From the NCBI RefSeq assembly GCF_004010195.1, contig NC_057719.1:42431820-42495819 (forward strand): a stretch of 64,000 bases of DNA, read 5' to 3'. Each line of letters begins with the position of its first letter. The first letter of the stretch is position 1. A model generated the notes under the pieces. The model saw nothing but the letters and a program-made list of their open reading frames with translations, made no database searches and had not been told where the DNA came from. Below are positions 49,270-63,189 of the stretch, in pieces. Both the position numbers and the translations under genes were made by a program. Origin of the DNA: Chiloscyllium plagiosum. Lineage: Eukaryota.

Positions 49270-51841
49270 TTCTTTCGACCAAAATGAATGATTTCACTCA
49301 CCTTTGCACTAAGTTTCATCTGCCACCTGCACACTTATTCCACTAGCCTGTCCATATCCAGTTGAAGGTTATCACAATCCTCCCTTAGTAATACTTGCAA
49401 GTGTTGTGTCATCTGCAAAGTCTCAGATTTCTGAATCCCTGGTGCATTCACTCTTTCAGTCAAATGGCAGCCACATTAATGGCTGCTGTGATATTTTTGA
49501 TGGACAAACACCTCGCAATGTCCATCTCCATTCTCCACTCACAAATTAGCTGCTCAATCTGCCCTTTAGCCAATTAGCAGTCTGCACCTGCAAACATCAT
49601 AGTTGCAACCTATCTCTCCCTCCTCCAATATTTGTTTCCCAATCTGAACAGGGAAAATTTTGACCTTCAAATGGGGTTTCTGAAATTTAGCAGTATTGCT
49701 ATAGCCAATGCATAAAAACTTTTTGCTAACATTTCAAATATTTTTAAAAAGTTATTTTCAAGAGCCTGACTGAAAAAGCGGTTGAGAATACAGTGAAAAA
49801 AATACTTTGAATAACATGTCTCTTATTTATCAGTAAATAGGTACTTAGAAGAAAACTTGAATATTTAGGTTGTTCTTTTTTGAGCAGAGGATTATCAAAA
49901 TAGAAAATGCTTTTCCGTAAATGGCTATTTCAGACAACCCAATTATAGCATTTAACAGTGAATCAAATTAACATGAAAAATAAACTGAATAAATATGGAG
50001 AAAGAGTGTAATATGAATGGAAATTGGCACTGGTATGGAACTGAACCCAAATTACAAAGGCAATATTGGTCCTCATCAATGTTAACATTATTACCCCCAG
50101 AGGTCAACAATTGCTTAAAAATACTAATACACAACACTGACAAAATTATCTACAGAATAGCTATTCAATAATTCCGAGGACAGAATCAGTGGCAAGAAAG
50201 CCACATTCATGTAGATTACCAAGTTGCTTGTGTCATTGATCTCTGATCACAGGATGAATTCTTGCCTATACAACATGTACAGTTATCCAACATATTGGAA
50301 TAACTTCAGCTCTAATGTGACCAATGGTAATTTTAACATGTGTTGGTCAGAATAGATAAAACAATGACAATAAATGCTTGGCCATGACAAATAATGGAGA
50401 ATGGCAATAAGAACAGTTAACATGCATTTATATAGCACCTATAATAATTTAAAACATCTTAAAGAGTCACAAAGGAATAAACTCTGACAGTAATCAACAA
50501 TCAAGTACAAGAGAAACCTCTCAATGGGAATGGGTTTCTTCAGCACTGGTTTATCACCCCAAATGACTGCTAATTCATGACAGAGTTCACCATCATATCT
50601 GTTACTTAAATCATCTTCATTATTCCACACAGCCAACAGGTTTTTACAGCTTATTTTACCATAAAAAAGGTTCATACAATAAGTTACACTTGCCAATTTA
50701 AAAAAAAATTCTACCACAAACAGGAAATGTTCTGGATGTGAAGAAAAGCTCCAGGGACCAGGCCACATAAATTTAATCAGTGACATGATGTTAATATTCT
50801 GCACTCAAAATTACGTGAAGCATTAACATGGAATATGAAAAAATATCGTCAAAAATTCTTAAGTGTGACAAAACCTAAAACTATGTTCTAATGAACAGAA
50901 TAAATACTCTTAATTTGATTGTTCACAACTAAAGATCATCACAGAAGGCAAAGGTTCCATGCAACTTCTCATCACCACTAACCATCATTTCAGGTGTGCT
51001 CATCACTGCCTCTTCCACTCTCATGTCTAACAATAAGTACCATGAGCTCAAGGGCATTTTCTGCATGAAGATTGATTCTGCAAATCAGATGGCTCTTATT
51101 CCTCCTTCCATTTCCTTAGCTCTTTAAGCATAACTTCTTCTAAGTTTCCCCCTTGTACTTACCCTGAATATTTCAGCCCATATCTTTCTCTACTTTCTCT
51201 ATTTTCTCTCTTCAGGCCCTATTTGACTTCACCTTATCTGATCATAACACAATTTAGGTGTATGGGCCATGCTAAATTGCTCAGTGTCCAGGGATGTGCA
51301 GGCTAGGTGGATTAGCCATGGGAAATGCAGGGTTACAGAGATAGGGTAGCAGTGTGGATCTGGTCAATGTGAGGTTGATGGGCTGAATGGCCTGCTTCCA
51401 CACAGTCGGGATTCTATGATTTCCCTTTCTCAATTGCCATTATTGGCTATTCTCTCCTTTTGTCTAAAAATCTGCCATTACCCCTTCTACTCAAAATGCC
51501 TTTCTGGACTGTTGAGAGTGTCTCATCCATCACAAACTGGATACCATTGTAAATTCTACTGCAAAGGTCACATCAATTCCAAATAACCCATCTAAAAAAG
51601 TCAAATAGGAGTTCAGAATATAGTGAAAGCTGTGCTATTTGAATGACTGTACATTAGATCTGAATCAAGCTCTTTAATGTACTTCAGCCATACAGACCTC
51701 CTTATGTCCTATCCCTCTACAAATTATGATCTATTGAGTAATCCAATTTTAATCACTTCACCATTGTCAACCTTGCCATCAGATGCTTAGGTCCTAATTT
51801 CTAAACAATAAACTTTTATTCACTTGTAGGACATGGGCATT

Positions 51842-52460
51842 TGATGATCTGTAGCTTTAAGTGGTTATTTTGACCTGTTTTTAAATTTAAGAGGTTTTAA
51901 GGCAGAAATGACATGCACTAGAGTAAACAGTTTGTGAGGCCTTGGTTTTTTTTTAAAGTTGGAACAATAGAAGCAGCCTGAATGGGTGGGGTCAAACTCC
52001 CACAGAACCAGGATCTTTAGCTTATCTTCCAGCAGTTGCTGTTGGGGCCTTGAAGAAATGAAAGCTATTTCATCCCCTCTCCTGGGTTCAGCCAAAAGCT
52101 GGGGTTCTCTGCCTACTTCGGGAGTTGCCTGTGAGGCAATCTGTGTTCTGAATTTGCCTTTTGCCAAGGGGTGTGTTTATGAGATTTTACTATATTGAAA
52201 CAGTTAATTAGTAATAGTTACCATATCTATTATTCTGCCAACTTTTTCAGTTGAGTTAAGTTATTCCAATTCCTTCTTTCTTTTGTTGTATTTTATCTAT
52301 AGGGGATGAATAAAGTGTGCTTTGCATTAAATCTGGTAGTTTTACCAATCGAATTGCATCTGGAATGGAACACCTTACATTAACCTCAAAAATAAGAAAA
52401 ATAGTTATGGTCTAGACTATCTTCTGAATATTTTGAGACAGTTTGGCCTGGTTCAAAATA
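51842..52460 (+). mobile_element. Solo LTR (same family as 39856-40465)
   Basis: TG start; interrupts the 3' tail of the second LINE family (GGACATGGGCAT|...|CACTGGCTAGGCCAGCATTTATTGCCC). Confidence 0.65.
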
Positions 52461-52464
52461 TGTG

Positions 52465-54905
52465 TCACTGGCTAGGCCAGCATTTATTGCCCATTCCTAG
52501 TTGCCTTTGAGAAGTAGTGGTGAACTGCTTTCTTGAACCACAGCAGACAACATGCTATAGGTGGAGGAACACTGCACTTGGAAGAGGGAATTCCAGGATT
52601 TTAACCCAGCAACAAAGAAAGAACAATGATATATTTCCAAGTCAGGATGGTGAATGGCTTGGAGGGGAACTAAAAGGTGGTGGTGCTCCAATCTATCTGC
52701 TGCCCTTGACCTTCTAGATGGAAGTGGTCATGGGGTTGGAAGCTGCTGTCTAAGGATTTTGGCAAATGTTTGCATTATATCTTGTAGCCAGTACACACTG
52801 CTGCTAATGAGCATCGATGGTGGAGGAAGTGGATGTTTGTGGATGTGGTGCCTATCAAGCAGGCTGCTTGGTCCCTGATGATATATGTTCCTGGAGTGTT
52901 GTTGGAGCTGTACCCATCAGGACAAATGGGGAGTATTCCAACAGACTTTTAGAGTCATTGAGTCATAGAGATGTACAGCGTGGAAACAGATCCTTCGGTC
53001 CAACTTGTCCATGCCGACCAGATATCCCAACCTAATCTAGTCCCATTTGCCAGCAGTTGGCCCATATTCCCCTAAACCCTTTCTGTTCATATCCAGATGC
53101 CTTTTAAATGTTGCAATTGTACCAGCCTCCACCACTTCCTCTGGCAGATCATTCCATGCACGCACCACCCTTTGTGTGAAAAAGTTGCCCCTTAGATCCC
53201 CTCCCACCCTAAACCTATTCCGTCTAGTTCTGGACTCCCCCACCCCCAGGAAAACACTTTGTCTATTTATCCTATCAATGCCCCTCATAACTTTATAAAC
53301 CTCTATGGAGGTCACCCCTCAGCCTTTGATGCTCCAGGGAAAACAGCCCCAGCCTATTCAGCCACTCCCTACAGCTCAAATCCTCCAACCCTGGAAAATC
53401 TTTTCTGAACCTTTTCAAGTTTCTGTGCCTTGCAGTGGGTGGACAGGCTTTTGGGAGGCAGGAGGAGAATTACTCACTGTAGTATTCTTAGCCTCTCATC
53501 TACTCTTAGAGCAAGAACAAAGAACAATACAGCACAGGAACAAGCCCTTTGGCCCTCCAACCTGAGCCAATACAGTTTGCCCTTCCATACTAAAACTGTC
53601 ATGATTTACAGGATCCATATCCCTCTATTCCTTTCCTATTCATGTATTCGTCCAGGTGGTTCTTTAATGCAGAGGCTGGAATCGCACCAGGGTCCCTGGC
53701 GCTGTGAGGCAGCAGTGCTAATCACTGAACCACCACGCAGCCTCTTCCTTCATAACTATAAAATGCCATACCAGGCGACATTCAGGTAAACCTTTTCCAT
53801 ACCCTCTCCAAAGCATCCACATCCTCCTGGTAGTGTGGTGATCAGAACGATATATTATATTCCAAGTGTGGCCCAACTAAATTCTATAAAGTTGCAGCAT
53901 AATTTGTCTATCCTTATACTCAATGCCCTTTCCAATGAAGGCAAGTATGCCATAAGACTTTTTTACAACTTTATTAACTTGCACTACCCCATCTTCGTAC
54001 CTGCACACCCAGATCCCTCTACGTATCAATGCTCCTAATGGTTCTGCCAATCACTGTATAATTTCCACCGCACTTGACCGTCAAAAATGCATCACCTCAC
54101 ATTTATCTGGATTAAACTCAATCTGCCATTTTTCTGCCCATGCCTTCAACCTATCTATATCCTGCTATATCCTCTGACAATCCTCCTCAATATTCACAAC
54201 TCCACCATTCTTTGTATCACTCATGCTCTTGTAGCCATTGTGTTTATATGGCAAATTCACTTGAGTTTCTGAAGAATGGTTGCCCCCCCTCCCCCCAAGA
54301 TATTGATAGTGGGGGATTCAATTATGTTAACACCCTTTAATGTCAAGGGGCAGTTGTTAGATTTATCTCTGAATTGAGATGGTCACTGCCTGGCATTTGT
54401 ATGACACAAATACTATTTATCACTTTCAGCTCAAGCTTGAATATTGTCTAGGTCTTATTGCATCTGATCATGGACTGTTTGAGAGTCACAAATGGTGCTA
54501 AACATTGGGCAAATATACCTAATTCAGATATTTCGATGAAGGGAATCCCATCATACATCTTGTCACGTTTTCTTAAGATGTTTGAGGAGTACCGATAAGC
54601 TGAATGGCAGGTGTCTTTTCTCTAGCGTGGGGGATTTAAAGACGAGGGGCTGTACATTTAAGGTGAGAGGAGAAAGACTTAACAAAGACACGAGGGGCAA
54701 CTTTTTCACAGAATGGTTCATGTGTAGAATTAACTTCCACAGAAGGTGGTGGATGCGGTTACAACATTTAAAAGACATTTGGATCAGGACACGAATAAGA
54801 AATGTTTGAAGTGATATGGGTCAACACAGGCAGGTGGGACTAGTTTAGTTTGGGATTATGGTTAACGCGAAGGTTCTGTTTCCATGCTATATGACTCCAT
54901 GACAC
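52465..54905. mobile_element. Nest of LINE fragments: second-family LINE (-) with CR1 3' ends at ~52952-53422 (-), ~53512-54215 (-) and ~54560-54900 (+)
   Basis: IEVYKVMRGIDRINRQS..FFTQRVVRAWN; characteristic CR1 tails. Confidence 0.75.
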
Positions 54906-56702
54906 TATATCCTACCACTATGATCGAGTGTTTGGTCATCTCACCTAATATAACAACTTACTTTACTTGATGACTATTACTATTCCATAATACTCTTATA
55001 AGGCTCTTTGGGAAAGTGAGAGTGTGGGGAAGTAGCACCACATGCTTTTACATTCCAATATTTATGACACCCTGAACACATCATAGTGCACAGTGATCTT
55101 GACCACACTGTGAAGTCCATTTAAGGCAATGATTTCCAAAACTTTCATGAAGAATCCCACATAAATACAAACACACTTCCAGGTACCTGTTCCTGGGAAT
55201 CTCACACTCTTCCTAAAGGCACAAACAACTAACTACAGGAACAGAACAGTCCAATTGCAGAGTTTTCTTAAAAAAAAAATTGGTTCACCCCCAAAACTGA
55301 GATGTCCACAGCACTCTGGCTGACCTACCTGTAATCCTTGGACAGCCTGCCCTTGACCTTCAGGACTAACTGATCTAATCCCCAGACTAAGAAAATGGAT
55401 CTCCAGTCTCTAGTAGGATCAAATGCCTGGTGACTGTGCCAGCCTCCTGATTGACTGTGGCATTATTCTGACTATGCACCACACTGGATTGCTGCCTTTG
55501 ACTTGCAGACATTGTCATTTGTATGAAGCACATGCAGTGTGTTTGCTGACCATACTGCTGGCACATGCTGCAGGTGTGACACTGATATAGTACTGTGTCA
55601 CTCAATCACTTGTCACTCCCTTGATTGTCCAATGCAGCCTCATGTCACAATCTGCCCACTTTTCCTATGCACCAAGAAGAGGCTGGAAATTAAAGGCTCT
55701 GTATACTAAGGAAGTAATCTGAATCACGGAGAGGCTAGCAGCCTGCAAGTCACTGCTGAAGTCAGTGAGTATGCACGAAGAATGCAGTGTGAAGTAAACA
55801 CAAACTAAGAGTAGCAAGATGTATCCTGCGCAGATGCATGAGATGCCTGTGTGTTCTGCATGCAATATAACCTGGAAGAAGCAGGCGCAGTGAAATGATG
55901 AGGCTGGTGGTTTGTAATGCCAACTTGTATAGATAAAAGATTGAGACGGATTGCAGCCATGGAGCATGCAGGGACACTGTTATAATGAAGCATTTGCATG
56001 ATGGCATCAGATACCTGTTTGCATGTCGGGAACTTGCGCTATCAAGTTTCACAGGGAAGAGGAGGAAAATTGGAAGTAGCATGCAATAATGCGAGATGGG
56101 TCTTTAATGAGGTGCAAGTAAATGGAAGTAAGGTTGCTCAATGATGAGATTCTGAAGTCTCTACTTAAGGTTTGAGGGGAGAATCACCAAGAACGATTTT
56201 TCTCGGATGTCGAGGTTCTGATTGTTTTTATTCATTCCACATATCCCACCTTTGTTACTCACAACACCCCAAGGAAAACAAATCACCCATAATACTTATT
56301 GGCCAATGTGAGCTTTCCTCAAAAACCATCTCTGAAAATATTATACCTTTGTCACATGTATTGATATATTTAGAGGGGTAACTGCTTGTACATTCAAATT
56401 GCAAGTTACATTATTAACTAATTTTGCATCATCCTTAAGTTTTGTTTCACACCAGATTAGTAATTTAATGCTTATTGAAGGAACCCGATTGATAGACCTT
56501 TTTGTAATGGCTCTAATATAGTTAAAGCACATAATTGGCCATATCAAGAACCAGGTGAAACAATTACATTCATGTTGAAAAAGCAAAATACTACGGATGC
56601 TAAATATTGGAAATAAAAAAAAACAGAAAATCCCGATGAAAGACAGGACTGGCAGCATCTGTCGAGAGTGAAATAGAGTGGCAAAGTGATGCTAACAGTA
56701 TA

Positions 56703-56861
56703 CAGAACAACCTTGATTATCCGAATTTCAGATTATTCGAAGAAGATCTTAAGGTCCCGTAAAAATGCTATCCATTATCTGAACAATCCATTATCTGAAC
56801 TCTCCGTTATCCAAACAAAATACTCCCTGCCTGTCTTGTTCAGATAATTGAGATTGTTCTG
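56703..56861. mobile_element. Tc1/mariner-pogo-type MITE inserted in a tRNA-derived SINE
   Basis: TA|CAGAACAACCTTGATTATCCGAA ... TTCAGATAATTGAGATTGTTCTG; internal ATTATCTGAAC repeats. Confidence 0.7.
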
Positions 56862-58407
56862 CATATTCAATTCTCACAGCAGCTTAGGTCACCACGAAGA
56901 ACTCTCCTTCTCAACCTCTCCTGTCACATGAAACATGGTGGCCCTTGGGTTAAACCACCACCAGTCGTGACAGAGCAGCCCTATGGTTCAGCAGGACTAT
57001 TGCAACTTTACCTTTATTACATGCTGTTGATTATATTAATACCGTCAACAGAACCTTGTGATTCCACAAGATAAAAAAAATTGAAATATACATTTGGTCT
57101 TAATTTACAAACTCCATTAAGGTCAAGTCAAAAAAGGCTCATTCAAACATCATACAAATATATCTCTAATTTTAACAGAATGCTTACATGAATCTTATAA
57201 TTCATCCATAACATTTGCACTTACTAAAGTTCAACACTGGTGCATGTTTTAAAGATCTTTACTGTAACAAATGGATTAAAACAATATAAGCAAAGCACTG
57301 TTGTTGTTAGTTTCAGAACTACAGAAAAAAAAATCCTCTTCAATTTTTAACACGAAAAACTTTGAACTGCAAATAAGTAGTCATTCATTTTTTTCCAGAC
57401 TCAGTTCCCACCAACTCTTGACCCTGAAGATTTACTAAAATTCCTTTAATTCCCAGCCATTTAACATTTAACTTTATAATAGTCTTTCACTGTGAAAGGT
57501 ACTACTGGTCATATTCCCTTGAACACAGGCTAAGCAAACCTTCCAGTGTCATTTTAATCCTTTAATCAGAGTGTAAGCTCCAACATGCACTCCTACAGTA
57601 TATCTTAGAGACTTCCATAAGAATTAATGAACTAGGAACAGGATAGGTTATTCAGTCCCTCTCACATGATCACCTATTTAATAAGAGTACAATTGATCTG
57701 ATGTGGCCTCATTTCCACATTCCCATCTACCCTGAACTTGCTGGTTTATCAAGAATGTATCTGTCCTTGCTTTAAAAGCATTTAATGACTTCTATCTCCA
57801 ATCCTCTTTGCCAGAAAAAGTTCCATCGACTTTACCTCTAAAAGAAGAATTCTTTGCCATCCACATCTTACTTTTAAACTGTGCCCCCTGGACTCTCCCA
57901 CAAGGGAAACATTCTCTTAGAAACCCTTGCCCTCTCAAAGCATATTTCCTCGACACATAAATCGCATGGGTTTTGTATCCAGGTAGAAATGCCAATCAGC
58001 TACCTTGAGATCCCAACTCTCTTACATTTTGGAAATCAATGTTTAGATTAAAGCATAACAGTTTACAACATGATATTCTTAACATCATTCTGGCATGTCA
58101 AAGCAATCTGTAAACACAAAAGCAGCTGCTTTCTCTCAAAATGGGAACGTCTTACACCATCTTTCCAGCAACATAATTTGTTTTGTCTTTAATGTTTGAT
58201 AGCGAAATCGTCTGCGCCTGCTTTTAAGATGAATTTAAAACAGATCACAGGACTCCCGACATTTGTCTCTAAATTAAACAGATAGTCCCTAAACATAAAG
58301 AAATTTTGTAATCCTTAGAATTGTAATGTAAGGCACTAAAAATACCTTCACATCTCTACCATGTAAGATCAAACCCTGCGCCTGCTGCATCTCTCGTTGA
58401 TAATTAT

Positions 58408-58727
58408 AGAATCACAGAATCCCAGAATCCCTACAACGTGGAAGCAGGCCAGTCAGCCCATCGATTCCACATTGACCCTGTGATGAGTGTCACATCCAGA
58501 CCATCCACCCCTACCCTCACCTGTAACCCTACATTTCCCATGGCCAATTCACCTAACCTGCACATTGTTGGACTGCAAGAGGAAACCAGAGCACCCAGAA
58601 GAAACCCACTCAGACATGGGGAGAATGCAAAATCTCCACACAGACTGACTGTTGTCTGAGGCTGGAATCGAACCCAGGCCTCTGACACTACAAGGCAGTG
58701 GTGCTACTGTGCCACCAGGCCACCCCA
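58408..58727 (-). mobile_element. HE1-type V-SINE
   Basis: tRNA head on minus strand (B box GGTTCGATTCC), V-domain, GGGATTCT tail. Confidence 0.85.
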
Positions 58728-58995
58728 GTTATTTACTTTCAGAATACTGTAATTGCTAAACGTGGAACCGGTTTTTAACAGAGTTGAGCTCATAGTTTAA
58801 AACTTACCTATCAATGTTACAAACTGTAATTAGTTCAAACCAATTCAACAGTAAATGGTTTCATTCAGTGATCTGTTACTGTACTACTAATATAACAATT
58901 ATCTTTTTATTTTATACACTGTTTTCAAATTTGAGCAGAACTGTGTGCTCGAACAGCAAGGAAAATTCCATAATGAAATTGTAAGTCTTTCTTAC

Positions 58996-59124
58996 GTGCT
59001 ACAGAGAAGTTATTCAAAGGTGTTTCTAGTTGCTCTGCATCTTGTGGCCGCTCTTTATAGCCAATAAATGTACCATCAGTCTTCAACAAAAAATAGCGGG
59101 GCCTCCACGTTTTTATGTATTCTC
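58996..59124 (-). CDS. AKT1: AKT1-like kinase, coding exon 2 (PH domain N-half: [43 protein letters not shown])
   Basis: ttccag|GAGAATAC ... GCAC|gtaag; 129 bp, same size and phase as the human AKT1 exon; E17/R23/R25-equivalent lipid-binding residues present. Confidence 0.95.
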
Positions 59125-59473
59125 CTGGAAATACAGGCAAGTAGAAAATATAACATCCCAATGTATTGTAAGTAGACATTAACAAAACAAGTTCAAATTA
59201 TGCATTCCTTTAGTCCTGTCCTTTGACCAAAGGGTTGTATAGAACTAGAAGACATATTTAAACTTCCCTATACTGTAATCTCAAATCCAGGGGGAAAAAA
59301 AGAGGAACTCGGGGGATGAGAAAAAAGTTTTACAGTATAAGTACCTTTGTTATGCTGGGTCATAGACAGGCAACTTGGCAAGGCATCTGGAAATTCTTGC
59401 CAAAAAGTCGAGGATGGTCATAACTATTTAATTTACACGTTACTCTTTGAAGGGCCAGGCTGAAGTAATGATG

Positions 59474-60065
59474 AGGAGAAAAAGTGAGGAATGCAGAGGC
59501 TGGAGAGTCAAAGTCGAAAACTGTGGTACTGAAAAAGCACAGCAGATCAGGCAGCTTCCAAGGAGCAGGAGAGTCGACGTTTTGGGCTTAAGCCCTTTAT
59601 CAGGAATATTGGTAATGTGTTGGGGGTGGGGTACTGAGAGATAAATAGGGAAGTGGGGCTGGAGCTGGGGTGGGGGAGGTACTGGGAAGGCAATAGGTGG
59701 ATGCAAATGGAGGGTATTTGTGATAGATCAGTGGGGAGGGTGCAGCGGAGAGGTGAGAAGGAAGATGGACAGGTGGGACAAGTCAAAAGGGCGGTGTGAG
59801 GTCGGATCTGTGATGAAGTGGGGGGAGGGGAGATTTGGAAACTAGTGAAGTTGATGTTGATGCTGTGTGGTTGAACAGTCCCAAGGCAGATGAAGCGTTC
59901 TTCCTCCAGTGTTGGGTGGCTTGGATTTGGTGGTGGAGGAGGCCCAGAACTTGCATGTCCTTGGTGGAGCGGGAGGGGGAGTTGGAGTTGAAGCAGTTGG
60001 CCACAGGGTAGTGGGGTTGTTTGGTGCGTGTGACCAAGAGATGTTCCCTGAAACACTCTGCAGGT
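59474..60065 (-). mobile_element. Penelope-like element 3' fragment (GIY-YIG C-terminus and terminal repeat of the 42295/62610 family)
   Basis: PVANCFNS..MQVLGL, LEEERFICLGTVQPHSININFTSF; decayed core CTGATAAAGGGCTTAAGCCCAAAACGTC. Confidence 0.8.
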
Positions 60066-60204
60066 TGACCAGTGCAATAATCCTACCCTCAATCATGTAC
60101 AACTAAAGTGTCTAGTTTGTGTGCAGTTAATTTATAATGATTTTTAGAATTGTATTTTATAATTCAGTAAAGTTCTGAAAATAAAATTACAAAATCATAA
60201 TGAA

Positions 60205-60508
60205 TGGGTGGCACGGTGGCTCAGTGGTTAGCACTGTTGCCTCACAGCACCAGGGACCTGAGTTCGATTCCCACCACAGGTGACTGTGCGGAGTTTGCAC
60301 ATTCTCCCAGTGTCTGCATGAGTTTCCTCCCACAATCCAAAGATATGCAGGTCAGGTGAATTGGCCATGCTAAATTGCCCATGCTAAATTGCCCATAGTA
60401 TTTGGTGTATTAAGTCAGGGGGTAAATATAGGGTAGGAGACTGAGTTTGGTGGATTTGTTGGACCAAAGGGCCTCTTTCCATATTATAGGATTCTAATTT
60501 AATCTAAT
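60205..60508 (+). mobile_element. HE1-type V-SINE with an internal 14-bp tandem duplication
   Basis: GGGTGGCACGGTGGCTCAGTGG head, GAGTTCGATTCC B box; CCATGCTAAATTGC x2. Confidence 0.88.
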
Positions 60509-62177
60509 ACTATAAACGTCATGGGACACTGCAAAAAAGTAGTCAGCTTTATTTTAAATGATGAACAAAGTGTGTGTGTAATTTTTCATTTCTGATTGAC
60601 GGAAGCCATTGTAAAATTTGTACTCTGCTAGCTAAAAATGGCAAAAGATATTTCACCACTATCTAATATCACCATATAAAATGGTCAAAGTAAACCTAAG
60701 CTAAAACCACAAGCTAACATAATATTAGCAACACCCCACACATAAGACATACAAGCAGTAACAAGCCATTCAGCCCATTGGCTTTACTTCCCCATTCAAT
60801 GAGATCACGGCTGATATGATAATTCTCAATTCCATTTTTCTGCCTTTTCTCCAAAACACTTGATTTCTTTATTGATTAAACATGTCTCTCTCACTTAATG
60901 AAACAGTCTCTATAGCCCTCGGTGGTAAGTATATTTGACAAGTTCACCACCTTCAAAGAAGAAATTCTTCCTAATCTCTAAAATGTTTGAGCCGTTATTC
61001 TTAGATTATGGCTTTTTGACCTGGATTCTTCCACAAGGGAACATCTAACCTGTCAAGTCCCCCTAAGGATCTCGCATGTTTACAGCTATATAACCTCCAG
61101 CTATGTGCCTCCATATTTTAAAGAGAAATATCCCCCATCACTTAAATCATAATGAGAAGCAAGTAGCTTCCAAGTCTGTGTCAATATTGCACACAGATTG
61201 GGCATTATAGGCCGGTGGTGATTCACCTTCAGTTTCCTCCCTTTTCAGGAAGTGATTGGCTGCAGATGATGCTCTCTCATGTGAGAACTCATGGGTGCAA
61301 TATCACATTCTATCCACTCTGTGGCACAGCATGTTAGAACATCAATGCACTCCACTTCAATACATCTCACAATTATTGAATATTGCACTTATTTTAAACA
61401 ATCAGGTTAGCAGGCAGTGAGTTTATTTAGTCTCAAATCATCTCTCTAGAAGCTTCAATTCCACAATAGAACAATGGATTGTTTGTTGCACATTTCTCAA
61501 TCTTCAAAATTAGGTATGAATGCATATTGTTAGGACAGGACAGAAAAAGCTCTTATGTGCACTTCAGCAGCTGCTTACAGCTGACAAACGGGAAAGTATT
61601 GAGGGCTGAGGACAAAACGTAGTCTCTTCCTTTTTAAAATATTGCTGTTAGATGTTCTACCTTATGTATAGCGTAATATTATGGTTACAGAGTAATTAAA
61701 AAGATTTATCATTGTTGAAGGCAGACAGCAGATTTATAAACAGCACAGAAACATTGTCAATATAGTTTTCCTTCAATCACAACCAGATATTAGACACATC
61801 AAACTGATGCTCACCTTCATAATCTGGAAATTGTAAAAATAAATAAATAATGTGCATCAGAATAGATGCTGCTTGAAAGCTAATTTCTCTATCAACCCTA
61901 CTACAACAAGAAGCCTTGTGGTTTTATGTTCCTTCAGTAATATACTAAGGCATGAAGTAATAACTTTTTGTTAACTCATATTTTATGCCCCAAACCCCAT
62001 CCCCCAAGTACAAGGCGAAAGTCAGGAGTGTACGGAACATTCCCCACTTGCCTGGATGGGTGTGTGTCTCCAACAACACTCAAGCAGCTTGACACCATCC
62101 AGGGCAAAGCACTGTGCTCATTTGGCACCACATCTACAAACATTTGTTGGCTCCACTATCAATGCTCAGTAGCAACT

Positions 62178-62515
62178 AGATTAGATTATATTAGATTACT
62201 TAGATTAGATTAGATTACTTACAGTGTGGAAACAGGCCCTTCGGCCCAACAAGTCCACACCGACCCGCCGAAGCGCACCCACCCAGACCCATTTCCCTAC
62301 ATTTACCCCTGCACCTAACACTACGGGCAATTTAGCATGGCCAATTCACCTAACCTGCACATTTTTGGACTGTGGGAGGAAACCGGAGCACCCGGAAAAA
62401 ACCCGGGTGGAAACCCACGCAGACACGGGGAGAATGTGCAAACTCCACACAGTCAGTCGCCTGAGGTGGGAATTGAACCCTGGTCTCTGGCGCTGTGAGG
62501 CAGCAATGCTGCCCA
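62178..62515 (-). mobile_element. HE1-type V-SINE, young, slightly 5'-truncated, long (CTAAT)n tail; nested in a + strand second-family LINE (~62010-63060)
   Basis: Close similarity to 2176-2486; possible CAACTA TSD. Confidence 0.88.
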
Positions 62516-62609
62516 CAACTACATGTACCATCTGTGAGATGCACAGCAGAAATTCACCAAGGCTCCACCGATGTATTTTCAAAAGCCATGGCCTGTACTG
62601 TTGCAAAGG

Positions 62610-62700
62610 TCTGAAGAAGGGCTCATGCCCGAAACGTCGATTCTCCTACTCCTTGGATGCTGCCTGACCTGCTGCGCTTTTCCAGCAACACATTTTCAGC
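62610..62700 (+). mobile_element. 91-bp Penelope-derived mini-insertion with intact minimal hammerhead core, 13-bp TSD
   Basis: ACTGTTGCAAAGG at 62597-62609 and 62701-62713; CTGAAGA-A-GGGC TCAT GCCC-GAAAC-GTC at 62611-62638. Confidence 0.85.
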
Positions 62701-63189
62701 ACTGTTGCAAAGGATCAGGATAGCAGATACATGGGAACACCACCACTTGCAAGTTCCTTTTCAAGCCATACAGTACCTTGACTTGGAAATGTATCCTATT
62801 ACTGCACTGACTGGGTGAATGGCTTCCACCCATTCCTAAATTTTCCACATGCCTGGTTAAGTACATTCCACAACACACAAGATACAAGGTACCTGACACC
62901 ATCCAAGACAAAGCAGCCTGGTTGACTGACAGCCAATCCATTACCATAAGTATTCATTCCCTTTATGACTTCTACAGGAGCAGCAATTATTACAATCTAC
63001 AAAATTCACTGACAGCAACACACCAAGTCATCTTCAATAGCACTTTCGAAATCTGTGATCCAATTAGAGCGACCTACACCAGGGATTACAGCAAGTCAAG
63101 AGGGGTCTCCCCACAACCTGCTCAGGACAGCCATATTGATAACGATATCCAGAGTAGGACAGAAAGGAATAGTGTACAAACATAGAAAA

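Noticed and set aside
58925..59185. ORF-track starts and ends for AKT exons (also 24839-25090, 19903-20097, 2959-3210)
   Set aside because: These are read-through into introns; boundaries were set by AG/GT sites and homology
59547..60092. 181-aa proline-rich ORF as a novel gene
   Set aside because: It is a frameshifted Penelope 3' fragment running into its C-rich terminal region
62178..62220. (ATTAG)n repeats as telomere-like sequence
   Set aside because: They are the microsatellite tail of a young HE1 SINE, as at 2473-2486 and 13726-13742
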